DNA of 64,000 nucleotides, from assembly GCA_000934665.2 (NCBI GenBank), contig KZ538042.1:62001-126000 (forward strand), in the 5' to 3' direction. The DNA is from Catajapyx aquilonaris. Its lineage: Eukaryota. A program made the translations under genes and the position numbers. Of this stretch, positions 1 through 13,581 are shown one piece after another (within the stretch, counting starts at the first letter, position 1; every line of letters begins with the position of its first letter). The notes under the pieces were generated by a model that saw only the letters and a program-made list of their open reading frames with translations, searched no databases and had not been told where the DNA came from.

Positions 1-297
1 TTAGATAAAGAAGTCGGAGGGCAATGGAAGGAAAAGAAAAGAAAGGTTATCTCTTTTCCAAACACAGGCAAATATTTGGTCACAGTAACCGGGATCTGTT
101 TGAATTTCGCTCCAAGGGCGCCAAGTTAAGTCGACCTTTGCCCAAAAATCTGGGGGTAATCTCCTTTGAGGGAATCAACTCGCTAATTATTATTTCCAAC
201 CCTTCAATTTCAGACTTTATTTTTTTACGATTATGAAAAATCAGTCGCACGAATACCAAAGGATCGTAATATCAAATGGAAGGACCAAACTTGGTGT

Positions 298-905
298 TCT
301 TAGCAGTCGTTACTAACTTAGTAACGGCTACTAACTGAAGAGATCTTAGTAACAGCAACTAAGTGAAATGAGATTCTTAGTAACAGCTACTAAATGAAAA
401 GAGATCTTAGTAACAGCTCCTAAATGAAAAGAGATCTTAGTAACAGCTACTAAGTGAAATGAGACAGTTACAGCTCCTAAATGAAAAGAGATCTTAGTAA
501 CAGCTACTAAGTGAGATGAGATTCTTAGTAACAGCTACTAACTGAAAGGATTATATTCTTAGCAACAGCTACTAAGTGAAATGAGACATTCTTAGTAACA
601 GATCCTAACTGAAAAGAGAGCTTAGTAACAGCTAACTGAAATGAGATTCTTAGTAACAGCTACTAACTGAAAGGATTATATTCTTAGCAACAGCTACTAA
701 CTGAAGAACTTGACAGCAGCTACTAACAGAAAAGAGATCTTAGTAACAGCCACGAGTAAGTGAAAGGAGATATTCTTAGCAACACTAACTAACTGAAAAG
801 AGATATCTTAGTAGCCGCTAATAACTGAGAGGAGAGCTTCTTAGCATTATATACTAACAGGAGCAAAGCCAAGCCTGCGTTTAGTTACTGCACTACTAAC
901 TGATG
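298..905. repeat. Minisatellite, ~30-bp unit (CTTAGTAACAGCTACTAACTGAAAAGAGAT-like)
   Basis: Many tandem degenerate copies of cttagtaacagctactaa(c/g/a)tgaaa(a/t)gagat. Confidence 0.95.
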
Positions 906-1703
906 AGTATAAATCAGAAAAGATACGCCCACTTTATAAAACTGCTATGCAAAATCCTTTCGAGTTTCAGAAGTGATTATTATTTCGCGACGTCTCGCGT
1001 TTTTAAAAATTGTTTTGGGCTGAAGGCTCAAGTAGGAAAAATGGCGGCAGTTTCTTTCTGAAGAGCTGATTCGATTTAAAGTTTTTGGCAAAAACCGGAG
1101 GGGGCTTGAGAGAAGAAGAAAGAATCGGTTTAATTTTGAGAAGGTGCGTATAATAGTGGGGGTTTGATGGTGGAAAATCTGCAAAAGGCAAAATTCGTCA
1201 TTGGCCGGGAAAGTTAACGGGCCGTTTTATGATTAGTCTCGAGGGAATGATACTTTTCGGGGCAGGGGAACATTAATGATCATTCGCGTAAATTTTGCGC
1301 CTGGTTTTCGCCCGGTTCTCTGGCTCGGAAAAGTGAGAGGAGGAGTGTGGGTACTCTCACTGGAGAGGCAGAGAGAGGGGGGGGGGAGGGGGGCGTAAAA
1401 TGAAATAGTCAAATAGGCCCACCTGCAATTTGGGGATATATGGACTCCTTCCTGCCTGATAACCATTCTGGGCTTCCTATTGCCGCACATTATGTACTCC
1501 ACGGCCTGCCTCTATTCGCAGCGATAAAACCCAGTAATGTCGGATTTTACATGTTTTCCGGTGAGTCACCCCCCGCAATGTAAAGCGAGCATAAAGCACG
1601 GGGCTGCCAATGACACGAAATAAGTGGAAGTGGTCCGCCAGTACGGTGAAGTAGCAGTTAGTTTATGAGAGGACTAGCAGAGGAGCCCGTTCTTCACACT
1701 GTT

Positions 1704-1803
1704 CTGCCGTCCCACGGAAAAAAGCCGTATCTGAAAAACCGTTAGAGTTCGACTCTAACGGTTTTTAGGTAAGACTTACGGCTTTTTTTCCGTGGGACGG
1801 TAG
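1704..1803. mobile_element. Small fold-back (hairpin) element / MITE
   Basis: ctgccgtcccacggaaaaaagccgta ... tacggctttttttccgtgggacggtag, with inner arms aaaaaccgttagag / ctctaacggttttt. Confidence 0.75.
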
Positions 1804-2776
1804 TGTTGCCATGGTGAACTTATAGGACAAACCAACCAATAGACTTTGTCTTTTATGTATATATGTAGATAGATGCAATGCGGGTGGCCGTGTGCGTCTA
1901 AGGGGCAACAGAAGGTTCATTATCGTATACGTGGTTAACAATAGGATTTCAGACATTTCTCACCACTACATTTTTGGCTTGTATTAAGCCACGGCATGCC
2001 CTGGCGGAATATTGTTGAGTTTTGACTCACCCTGTAAATGCTACATGCTCTCTTTGATCCAAATTTCGATATATTAAAGTAGATAAGTGCTTAAAATGGC
2101 GATCTGACCATATGAGTCTTGTAGTAACCCACAATGTAGGGTATTGTGCCGGACGTTCCCAAGCATAAGATTGTTTTTTTTGGCGAACCTCCTGGTAGTG
2201 ACCCACATCCCTTAATCACCTGGCCTGATCTGACACGAACATGGCCTCCTTCCAAAAGAAAAGGTAAAGGAACCGTGTGACAACCCGAGTTTACAAGGAA
2301 ACTGCCAGAAGCATTAATAGGCAACGCCACAGTATAAGAGAGGACACTGCAGTGTCCTTCAAGGTGACTTGTGGGTTGCGTGGCTACCAGGATGTGCCAC
2401 GACACTACAATGCAGCTGCAACCGGACCCACACCCGGTCCTATACCCACCAAAAAAAACTCATTTGGATTATAATCACCCCCCACTGCTGAAAAGCCAAT
2501 TCCTAATGAATGACATTCGATCCGCTGAATCCCTAAATAACATTTTAATGCATTTCGGACGGATTTATTTGCGACAATCGCACTCTTTTTTGTGGGGGGG
2601 GGGGGNTGGGGGGGGGGGATGCAAGCCGGATTACTCCCTGGTGCGGTGGGACCTCGGACGCACGCAATTGGTATTTGTCATAATGACGTGACAAAAATCC
2701 AATAGCCGCAATTTTGGGAGGGGGACATCGTCCTGCATACAGCTCAAACTCACCGCTACAATTTGAATAACTGTAA

Positions 2777-3740
2777 GCCAGGCGTCACTCAAGTCACGAT
2801 ATAAACACTTTAAAAAATTTGGAGAGATTTTTCACTCAACCTTCTACATCTATTGATTCCAACTCTTTTTGAGTGGAAATCATTCGATCACTGGAGTGAA
2901 ATATTTTCACTCAAGCTGAGTGATTTTCCACCCAACTTGAGTGATTTTTCACTCAACCGTCTACCTCTATTGATTCCAACTCTTTTTGAGTGGAAATCAT
3001 TCGATCACTGGAGTGAAATATTTTCACTCAAACTGAGTGATTTTCCACCCAACTTGAGTTATTTTTCACTATTGATTCCCACTCTCTTTGAGTGGAAATC
3101 ACTCTATGACTCGAATGAAGTATTTTCACTCAAACTGAGTGATTATTTCACTCAAATTGAGTGGAGTGTCTGTTCAACATGAGTGAAATCGATTTCGATG
3201 ATGGAAAAAATAGTTTCCCCGATCATTTTCAGTCTTCATTCGAGTAATTTTCCACTCGATTTCAGTTAAAGTAAATATTTGAGGAGTGAAATTCACTTTT
3301 TAAAAAAGCATTTTGTGAAAGTGATATTTTTTGAGTGAAATTTTCACTCTGAAATTTTTATGGAGTGGCGCTGAATGTTGAGCCTCTTTCTCAATTGCCT
3401 TTTTCGCCAAGTGTCGCTCAAGTCACGATATACACTCTAAAAATTTGAGTGATTTTTCACTCGATGACTCGAATGAAGTATTTTCACTCAAATTGAGTGG
3501 AGTGTCTGTTCAACATGAGTGAAATAGATTTCGATGACGGAAAAAATAGTTTCACCGATCATTTTCAGTCTTCTTTCGAGTAATTTTTCACTCGATTTCA
3601 GTTAAAGTAAATCTTTGAGGAGTGAAATTCACTTTTTAAAATAACATTTTGCGAAAGTGCTCTTTCTCGAGTGAAATTTTCACTCGAAAATTGTTATACA
3701 GTAACTGTGGCGCTGAGGGTTGAGCCTTTTTTTCCTCTTG
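2777..3740. repeat. Tandemly duplicated TIR element rich in GAGTGAAA/TTTCACTC motifs, with internal ~117-bp repeats
   Basis: Unit start gcca(g/a)g(c/t)gtc(a/g)ctcaagtcacgatata at 2777 and 3406; shared core 3105-3350 vs 3465-3690; shared 3' flank tggcgctga..gttgagcct; ends cact(t/c)taaaaattt ... aaatttttatggagtg. Confidence 0.85.
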
Positions 3741-5317
3741 GCAAGGTTTCAGTCGTGTTGAGTACACATATCCGTGATGTGTAACTGGACGCGTAAATAG
3801 GTCGTTACATAGCGTCAGATGCGTCAAAATTCGCGTCCCGATGTTGCAGATTGAGTTTGAACCGAATCGCAGAGAGGAAGAAGCGTAGTCTTTTCCTCGA
3901 GGGAATGCTTGCCAGTCAGATGAATGTTCCCTGGAAATGCGATTGTGATGGAAACTGGCACGTACTACTCGACGGCGTTGCCAGATTACACTCGCTTGGG
4001 AAAGTCAAAAGGGGCGCCCTGGGAACCCTTTTCAACCCAGCGAATCGCTTTTTGTACATCATGGCACGATGGGAGCTGCTGGGAGGGAGTGGGGGAGGAG
4101 GGGGGGGTTTGCACAGTTTTAATTTCTCTCTCTCATCTTTCCCTCCTTTGTCGCCTTGGAACTCGTTAGGCACAAAAGCTAAAAAGGCAAAAGCTGCGGC
4201 GTTGCCAAGTGCTCTTCTTCGTCCACCCGACGACACTCGATGGCCGTGTCAGCTCCTTCAGCTCCTCTCCAAACGTGTCACTTTTTGGTTGGGGGCCCCC
4301 CACTTCAACCCCCACCTCTTTTGAAGGTTTTATGGGGCAAGGGGAAAAAATTCTTTTAAACCGGCCGGTTTGACACCTAAACCTGGAGATTCTTGATTAC
4401 AAAACTCCAGAGAAGGGGGCACCGCCGCGCCGCATCAAAATTCATCAACGGAACCCACTTTTTTTAAGAGGAGGTCTTGGTCCAGTGTGAGTGGCACAAG
4501 ACACTTTGTTTGGCTAAGTACAGCGCTGGACATATTAGCAGTCCCTTACTTAGTAGCCAGGCTGATATTGACTTTGGATTATCTTGGATGCTGTCAAATG
4601 GCTGTTTGACCGGTTTAACTGGCCGTTAAGTAACAATGGTTCAAAAGTACTACGCCAACAGAGTTAACGGCCGGTTAAAAGATTGGAGTAATCGTGCAAA
4701 CTGATTAATTAGGACAGGTCCATGTCAGCAGTAACGTGACAGCGCAAGTCGTTATTTGTGAACTTATTCCAAGCAATAAACGCCAGAGAGAGAGAGAGAG
4801 AGCTAGAGAGAAGCAGGAGGATCGATGGTAACGATGTTTGTGCTGTGGGGTGGGAGGGAGGGGGTGGGCAATATAGTAATGGCGAGTCAACTTGATGAAT
4901 GCAGTTAATTTTGACAGGTGCCTGTTGCTCAGGGGAGATCACTTCCGCCTCTGATCATCCCCAGTCTGGCACACACACACACACACACTCTGATGGATAA
5001 ATGTTGCATCCCATGGAAGGGCAGACCTCCCTTGAGACCACCATTCTGTGCAGCGTACTCCAAACTGCTTATTAAGCAGTTGCTCTCAGTGCTTATTCAA
5101 AAACATTGTCGGCTAATATAAGGCCAAAGTGTCCAAACTCGACTCGATCGGGAATCATCTTACATAATATATTATATAAAAGGGAAAGTTCGTTCGTCGC
5201 ATGCCGCTCCCTCCACCCCTCTGCCGCCCATGGCAACAACTGGTTACCATGGCGACCGTTGTGGCGTTGTCCATGGCAACGGAGTCCAATTACCTTGCGA
5301 AGAGAGGGTATTCCGCT

Positions 5318-5542
5318 ATATGCGATTTTTTTACGAACTCAACCGAGTACGCACCAACCCTCGCGAAAGTCCAACAACGTTGCCAAAGTTTCACTCCTCA
5401 AGGGCAAAATTCACATCGGTAGTAGGAGCCTTGGCAACGTCGCAAAAGTCGGCCATATTGTTACCCCCTCAAGCGTAGTGTTGGAAACAATTTGCGCGAA
5501 CTGTGTTGCGTACTCGGTTGCACTAGTGAAAAAATATATCTA
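5318..5542 (-). mobile_element. MITE family A copy
   Basis: Reverse complement of 27995-28245 (gtcggccatattgttaccccctcaagcgtagtgttggaaacaatttgcgcgaactgtgttgcg). Confidence 0.9.
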
Positions 5543-8500
5543 CAGTAATATTATAATTAGCTCGAGTCTGTGCCTCTGTCCTCTAAGTAGGTGCATGGAG
5601 TAGGGCTACCCATCGCACGACCCTGCGCGAGGGACAGTGCGTCATCTATGTGATGGTTATGGTACTACCACGTTCTAAATGTGATCGTTCGGCATGCCAT
5701 GTCGCCACAATGATAGACGAAGTCGCATTTAATCGAAATTAAATCCCGGTTCCAGTTTCGTGTATAGCAAACAGAGTCATCAAGATGGCGACTCTTCGTG
5801 GGCCGTCATCCACGGAGGCAACCTAACTGTTACGTGCAGCTAATTTGACAGCAGCTACACTCTACGCAGCCCCCTTCCATTTGACCAGACATCTCCATCA
5901 ATTTTTCTCTCCCTCTCGCTGTAGGTGTGGTGTGTTGTTTGTTTGCAATCTGATCATGCTTCTGCCAGTTGCTGTTGCGAGGCATTCGTGCAAGGCTGCC
6001 CCCGATACGCCACAGCCTTTTCTCTTCATTTCCAGGTGCAAAAATATTTCTGCACTTTTTCCCCCCCACACCGCGTGCTTCTAATGAATACCTTCACTAC
6101 CTCCCGGGGTTTTCCGGTGCATCCGGTGCATTGCGGGTCATACCGGGTACTGTTCCTTTCTACTCTTTTTTTTGTATATTCCTGCTGGCTGTGCTTTCGC
6201 TTGATCTGGCAAGCACAAAAGTGAATCCCTGGCTATTCGAGCCAGGGTTGGATGCTGTCTATAATAGCTATAGGAGAGGAAGGGGGGGGGNCACACACGT
6301 GGGAGGGGGGATCCATTCATTCCACCATCTCTTTTCACCTTTTTTCCCCTGCCAACATCCGGCCTTCCCAAGACTATCCGCAGAGTTTTTAGAACCGAAG
6401 CATTGTTGAGGGCAGCACGTTGAAAGAGTTGGTGGGGCAGGAAATTGGACACAATGCAATATGGACCATGAAAGAGGAGCTTATGATAAGGACTCTCTCA
6501 CTCACACACAATTTGGCCACGTGCGAATGGTGCGTGGCCTTTTTAAAAATAAAAAATAAAAAAGGGGACCCAGATTTGAGTCTGGTTTTGAAGGTTGGTC
6601 GCAGTCAAATATGGGAGAGGGAAGTTATGGATTGTTTACCCCCCACCCAGCAACCACTTTGAAGAGAAGCGTATCGACCGATGAATATTACTTCTAAGTG
6701 GTTGTTACACTGTTGCTTGGAAGGGGTAAACAAGCCATCAATTATTTGCATTTTCCTCTCATGAATCGAGACTGTACTGCTCTGAATTTCACTTCCTGAG
6801 ACCCACGAAACCATCGGTGCAATTATTTAGTAATACACTCTTATTGGAATGGTTGATTTCATATTTAATTTGTAGTCGCTTGTTTAAACGTAGAGTTTAA
6901 ACATGCAATTATTATTATTGCAGGCAGTGACAAAAATGTTTGCATTATTTTCTCCCAACAACATTATAAAGTTTGTTGACACGGGACTTAACCTACCGTT
7001 AGTTCTTAACGAGTCAGTTTTTAAAAAAGCTGGGAAGATCTGCGATTATAAAGCGGGATATGAATCAGCTGATCCGACTTGGGTCCCCTAAGAGTATATA
7101 GTTGGGGGCACCGATCGCCTCCAAAAGATCACTGGACTCGATGAATAATCTTTGTCCATTTTCTCCCCATCCAGATCTTGCCCCCGCATTGCGTGATAAC
7201 GAAAGTAAATATCCCCACCCCTTTTCATGAGAGGCTGGTTAAATCTTGGTTATTCCGTCTGCTTCCCGTCTAATAAAAAGTGAGACTTTCATTTCTCTAG
7301 CTTAACTCTCTCCCTCCCCTTTGGCTTAAGCCCCCTTCTCTTCTTGGTTGGTCTCCACCCTGGGGTTGGCTTTTGGGCATTTCCTATGGAGGAATTGGGA
7401 ATAAGTGTGAGGCAGGCCAGACAAGGCCAGGGCATCGATTGGTCAGTTTTGCGCGGTGCTTGGGACGGGGGAGTGGAGGGAGCCAAATGGACGGGAAATC
7501 CCCGCAAGATCCCGGAGGATTGGGGCCAACTGACGTTCCGGGCAGCAGCAGGAAAGGTGCTCCCGCCCCATCCCTTCCCATCTTGTCCCTTTTTTTTCTT
7601 CACTGGGAGGCTGAGGCTGGACCATTGACCAGAAAAGAGAAGAGGGGGAAAAATGGGAGGATAAGTGTTGGGGATTTGGCGGGGGTGGAATCTGTGACGT
7701 GTTTCCAGAAAAAGGATGATGGGTTGGATTGGCCTGTGTGGGGAGGAGGAGGAGGGAAGGAGGAATATATATATAAAAAAGGAATCCCGGAGGTGTCCCG
7801 GAGAAGCGTCTCCCGGATTCCCCATAAATCTAGGCCGGATTTGTTGCCGGCAGAAATTGTTTTCTGGGAGCTCCGGAGGTTCTGGTGACCATGAGCCCCT
7901 GCCAGGCCCCCGCTACGTCGGTTTCAATTAAAGGCCCGCTTCGTGTGGGGCAGGGAGAGGCAGACACGATTATTGCATTCCGACTTACAACAGGTCTTGT
8001 ATCGGGCCTAATTAAACATGTGCCTTGCTCACGTTTGATGTCACTGGGGGACTGACGTATCATACAGGTTGCTATGGGCGCGGACCTTGCACTGTAATAA
8101 GTTTGGCTGGTCTTTACTACAGGACAGCCGTGGTCAGTGGAGAGAAAGGCCCATCCATTAGAGCGATAATTTAACTGTGGTATGCAATAATGTGTCAACC
8201 CACAAAAAATGTCAGTCCAGGAACATGTACAGAGTACCCAAGGGATCGTACTTCATTCAGTTACAATGAAGATGCCCTGAACTTCTGCAATGAAGATCTT
8301 CCATAAGTCGTTTTTACAAAAAAAAAAAAAAACTGTGAACACATGGCATACACATGCTTTTACCACACTCGCGCATTTTCTGCGTGTTTCGCTATTTTTT
8401 TGTTTTTTAAAAAGCGTGATTATATGATGATAACCCCCCGGCGGATGGGTGGTAATTTTCCTCACCGACAACTTCTGGACATGGAAATGTTCCGTCGGAG

Positions 8501-9149
8501 TTCTTCACCTGACGCGGAGGGGGTAGGTCGACACCTGCGACAAGTGACAAGCTGGGTCGCAGATGGCGAGACTTTGCCTCTGCTGCTGTCACACTTGTCC
8601 TGGAATTAGTTTCCAGGCAGCATCAGCCCAGCCCCAGCCCCAGCCCAGGCCTGTTTTGAAGTGCAGGGTTCTGGAACCCCCAACTTGGCTTGACCTCCCC
8701 CTTCCCTCCCTGGAGAGAGCTGACCCCCAAGCCTGACCTCATTACGCCACTGCGACCATTATCTGTCTTCTCCCGCTTTCGGCTGCCATTCTCATGTCCT
8801 GTTTCCAGCAGCACAGAAGAGAAGGGGGTGGAGGGCAAGGGAAGCGGGGGCAGGGATAATGGCAGAAAAGTTTGGCCAGTTATGGAAATGGCCCACATGT
8901 TCTGGAGATTTGCTAAAAGGCACTGCCGTCAGAACCCTTCCACGTTTCTTTTCGCGGGTCATGATTAATTGGGTGTCCAAACCATTTAAAACGAGGCGTC
9001 CCAACCACAGTTAGGGCCGGTTGCATCAACGCAAATTAAAGCTGGAATAAGCTCGAGTTACTGACCACCAAAGTCTAATTATTTCTGCCCTATCGCTTAG
9101 TGAAGTCCAAAAGAGCCACAATGAGTCGGTGAGTCAGGATTTTCTCACT

Positions 9150-9375
9150 GCAGATTAATTTTTGAATAAGCGCAACAGAGTGCGCAACACAGTTCGCGCA
9201 AATTGTTTCCAACACTAAGCTCGAGGGGGTTACAATATGGCCGACTTTTTTGCGATGTTGCCAAGGAACCTTAGAGGCTACCGGTTTGAGGATTAACTGG
9301 CAACGCTGTTGTCGGAGCAATGGACTTGCGCGAGTGTGGGTGCGCACTCTGTTGCACTCGTTCAAAATAATTCAT
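9150..9375 (+). mobile_element. MITE family A copy
   Basis: TIRs gcgcaacagagtgcgca ... tgcgcactctgttgcac; core matches 27995 and 58018 copies. Confidence 0.9.
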
Positions 9376-9986
9376 TTTTAGCATGTAAGGGAGATCAAAT
9401 CTTTGCTTTGGATTATCTATTCCTATGACAGTTTGGTAGATTCGCTGGCTACGCATTCGCATCGGGACATCTCGCACGTTTACCTACTTTCCTAGGCGTG
9501 TATCCGCTGAATGATAGGGTATCCGCTGAATGATAGGAGTGTATCCGCCGGGAAGGACGGTTAGGTCATGAGGTTTCGATTTGCGTCGATTGTAAGCGTC
9601 CAAATGCAGAAACGCACACGCATGTTAAACCCCGAACAAGTGGTTGAACCCATGTTATTCGTATACGATTAATTACAGATTCAGGGTTTACCACCGTTAA
9701 TGCACCCCCTTGAGCAGAGTAATCTGACAGGCGTTGATTCGGGTTACATGGAATAATGGGAATTGAAGAGGTTTTTTCCCCTCCCCACCTCCACGCGCCG
9801 CCGTGCACCTTGAACCCACAGTAAGCCGTAAGTTGCAGAGTTTTTATTGAAATCACGGGCTGGAAAATGGTCGCGCGTAAAAAGTTATGAAACAAAATTT
9901 GAGCGGAGCGCTGGAACTGAACAAAAGGCGACTGCTATTTTGTGTGTGTGTGTAAGGATTTTTATTTAGTGGGGGGGGGGGGGGGG

Positions 9987-10177
9987 NNNNNNNNNNNNNN
10001 NNNNNNNNNNNNNNNNNNNNNNNNNNNNNNNNNNNNNNNNNNNNNNNNNNNNNNNNNNNNNNNNNNNNNNNNNNNNNNNNNNNNNNNNNNNNNNNNNNNN
10101 NNNNNNNNNNNNNNNNNNNNNNNNNNNNNNNNNNNNNNNNNNNNNNNNNNNNNNNNNNNNNNNNNNNNNNNNNNNNN
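9987..10177. other. Assembly gap (N run) between poly-G and poly-T
   Basis: Run of N. Confidence 1.
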
Positions 10178-11679
10178 TTTTTTTTTTTTTTTTTGCGAAG
10201 GGGAATTAAACCTCCCCCTTCCCTATACCCATCCCCCCCTCTTCTCTATTTTATTTCCTGAAAAGTAAATAGTCGAGTTAATCGAAGGATCTGCGTTATA
10301 GACCTCTTTTATTGGCATGGTTTAATATCGAGCCTGGAGGGGGCTGCTGGGTTTGGTGCGTGGAATGAGCAGGAGTTTTCCTAGGGATAGAGAGGGACCC
10401 CGGTCGCAATTACCTCCTGACCTAAGCTGGGTCAATTGACGGCGAGGGTAGATTAAGGGAACGGGCTTTAATGACCGCACTTTATTAAAATGGCTGGACA
10501 TGTGTTGAGCATAACGCTGCGTGACAATCATGGCCGGCCTTTAAAAAAATAACTGCCTAATTAAATAAGCAAGCGCGTGGGATGGGAGTAACTACCGGAT
10601 TGTTCGCTTCAATTTTTTTAAAAATTGCGCATTAATGGCCAAGATATGAACTGGTTGCCCATTATCGCATTTCCCTGGTTGTCCCGGAATATTGCGAATT
10701 TTTGATGTTGGGTCGAGGCGCTACAGGTACTGAAAAGGTGTCGCATCACCTCCATCTGGCATCCCCTTTACACCAGTTTACACGACACCATTGCTATCGA
10801 GATATGAGCGCAGTGTCGTGTAAACGGGCCATCAAGACTCGCAATCTTCCCGGATGTAGGGCAAGACATAAGGATTGTTTACTCCAGCAACAGGTTCTAA
10901 ACATGGGCAGGTATTCCTTTTTTAAAACTCCTGCGTTCAATCAGTTTGTAACGATTGTTCCTTCTCTTTAGAAACAGTACTCTCTGGACAGTTGAGCGGC
11001 CCTGTATTTTCTCTGCACATTGTAACACATGTCGGTACACTCCATGGCTGTGTTAACTCGCACTGTAGTACACCCGGCAAATTTTTTTCGCTCTTCTTTT
11101 TTTTTTGGCACAAGGACCTTACCAGGAATCAAAAAGTGCAGGAAGTGGGCTCGGGTGAAATTGCGATATTGCTAAAAAAAAAAGAAGANAGGGGGGGGGG
11201 AAGTGCGGCGCAGCGGGCTGCTGGTTTCTCTCTCCGACTCCCACACCAAAATGGCGGAACTTGACACATCCGGCAAAGGAAATGGCGTCAAAGAACATGT
11301 CCATTTTCTGTTCCTGCCTGGAAAACTACCAGGTTCAACTGATTTAGAGCCAGGCCCCTGGAGAGAGAGAATGCGCCGATAAATCAAGTGTGTGTAGTTG
11401 CAAAATTGTAAGGGAAGAGCATGGGGCTCATTTCATGTGCGGTGATTAAAGTAAATACTCGACGCGGAATTAATCTGACGTTGGCCCCCCTCTAATGAGT
11501 AGCCGTCATTTCTGGCTGGCCCGGGTCGCTTTTCCTGCCGCCACTTACCCTGCTCCTGGTTATTATTATTAGTTCTGCTGGGGAGCTTCACTTGCACTCA
11601 TTTGTGACCTCAACGTGTCGCCAGTGTCACCGGGTCGGGTCTAATGCCCCGAAAATTGACAGATTCTCCGAAAGAGCGT

Positions 11680-12340
11680 TCTTTCGGATGCGGCCAGAGA
11701 AGCGGCCATCTTGGATCCGGGCAGTGTGGCCAGGTCATTTCTTCCTCTTTTTCCCCAATTTCCTCGGATATTTCTTTCCGACGGGTCAGTTATCCTTAAC
11801 CTGAGCAGCATCCATCTTGAATCCGGCCAGTGTGGCCAGGTCATTTCTTCCTCCTTTCCCCCGTTTCCTTGGATATTTATTTCGGACGGGTCAGTTATCC
11901 TTAACCTGAGCAGCATCCATCTTGAATCCGGTCAGTGTGGCTAGGCCATTTCTTCGTCTTCTCTCCCCCCCCCCCTTCCTTTGATTGTTCTTTAGGATGC
12001 GGCCAGANCCCCGTTTCCTTGGATATTTCTTTCGGACGTGGCCAGTTATCCTTAACATGAGCAGCAGCCATCTTGAATCCGGCCAGTGTGGCCAGGTCAT
12101 TTCCTCCTCTTTTTTTTCCATTTCCTTGGACCTTTATTTCCGACTCGTCAATTAGCTTTAACCTTAGCAGCAGCCATCTTGAATCCGGTCAGTGTGATCA
12201 GGTCATTTCTTCATCTTTTTCCCCTTCCTTTGATCGTTCTTTTGGATGCGGCCAGAGCAGCGGACATCTTGGATCCGGCCAGTGTGGCCAGGTCGTTTCT
12301 TCCTCTATTTTTTTCCTTCTTCTTCTCCTTCCTCGGATGG
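11680..12340. repeat. Tandem repeat, ~105-110-bp degenerate unit
   Basis: About 6 copies of gccatcttg(a/g)atccggccagtgtggccaggtcatttcttcctc...cagttatccttaacctgagcagc. Confidence 0.9.
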
Positions 12341-13232
12341 TCTCCTATAAATCGTGTGGTGTGATGAACATTCCTGGATTTGGAAAACGGAGATGATATA
12401 GTGCGGGAATCAAGTGCCAAAGATGTTGATGGGATCATTTTGTACCCCCCAGCCATCCCATCGCCCATTTATAGCCCCCCTCCACTCCCTTCCCTCCATC
12501 TCCCCCGCTACTTTCCGCATCCTCGATCATCGCCGGGCCCAGACTCTCGCTCTCTAATGGCTCGCGTCATTAGAGGCAAGCGAGAGACGGCAATTTTCCT
12601 GGGCTCCCTTCCACCCCCCTCTAAAACTTCATCTCGTGTACCCATGAAGAGAGAGAAAAGAAATTGCTCTCGCCACTGAATGTCTAAATCACTCCCCGCC
12701 ATTGCTTTCTTTCTCTCCCCCCCCTCTGCCCATCTACCTTTTTTTAACCCTCCCCTACCTACCCCCTCCCAATTTAAATTAATGCAATCATGGATTACAT
12801 CAGGGGCATAAACTACCTGTAACAAAGCGTTACGCTCGCTGCATGAATATTGATTGCGTCTCTTTCTCTGGAGGTAGGCTAAGGTTGTATAGAAGAAGGA
12901 AGGAGGGAAGGGGGGGGGGGAGATGTTACACAGTTTGCCTCTCCTCCTTCCCCCACCTCCCCCTCTTCTAAAGCTTCCAGGTTTAAAAATAACACTCGAG
13001 GCTCCTCTTTCCCCCCTACCTCCCTGCCTGGCTCCCTTTTTCCCCGAGTAATGTGGCTGGAAAGGAGTGCACTTTTGTGGTTTCGCTTGACATCAAATCA
13101 CCTGACGAGTAATGAGCGTCAAGCAGAGGAAGGTTTGGATACCGTAACCGAGAGAGAGAGAAAAAAACGGCGGAAAAATTCTCTCCAAAAACCTACAACA
13201 TTTCACCACATTTTGAGTCTTTTTTACTCATC

Positions 13233-13581
13233 AAACAAGATTGGCAAATCACGCGAGTGTGATTCGAGTAGACTTTTTCTCATCGCCCAGAAAATTCTAC
13301 AGTGACATGGAATGTTGTGAGCGGTTGTCAGTCTCATTTCTCGTTTCCAAGGATACCCGCCTGGAGACTCGACCTTGGCGGATAGATTGAATATGGAAAA
13401 CGGGAAGTGGCCGATAACCGGAAGTTGACCATGAAACCTACGAGTATTAATAAGTGTCCGATTAATCCGAATCCTAAAACCGTTTGTATCTATCTCTTGC
13501 GGTTTAGGCCCTGATTCCTATCCACAGACAGACGGACGGACAGACCCATTGTATAATACATTTTTCGATGAGAAAAAGTCT
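13233..13581 (-). mobile_element. DINE-1/Helentron-associated (HINE-like) non-autonomous element, complete
   Basis: Sub-terminal IR agactttttctcatcg / cgatgagaaaaagtct; terminal hairpin aatcacgcgagtgtgatt next to aaacaag end; acagacagacggacggacagac = (GTCY)n microsatellite on the minus strand. Confidence 0.8.

Noticed and set aside
298..905. CRISPR-like ~30-bp periodicity
   Set aside because: No unique spacers, degenerate head-to-tail units, no cas genes, eukaryotic context: a minisatellite.
1760..1775. tttttAG|GTAAGA as a recursive splice site
   Set aside because: Lies inside the 1704-1803 hairpin element, with a short tract and no branch motif.
9970..10195. Poly-G/C tracts with Ns as a G-quadruplex system
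   Set aside because: Homopolymer lengths and Ns reflect assembly uncertainty; no specific organisation is visible.
12871..12892. let-7-like string gaggtaggctaaggttgtatag (also miR-34-like 12-mer at 14648 and bantam-like 3' half at 16980)
   Set aside because: Partial matches with indels or missing seed and no precursor hairpin. No Hox-cluster miRNA (miR-10, miR-993, iab-4) was spotted by eye either.
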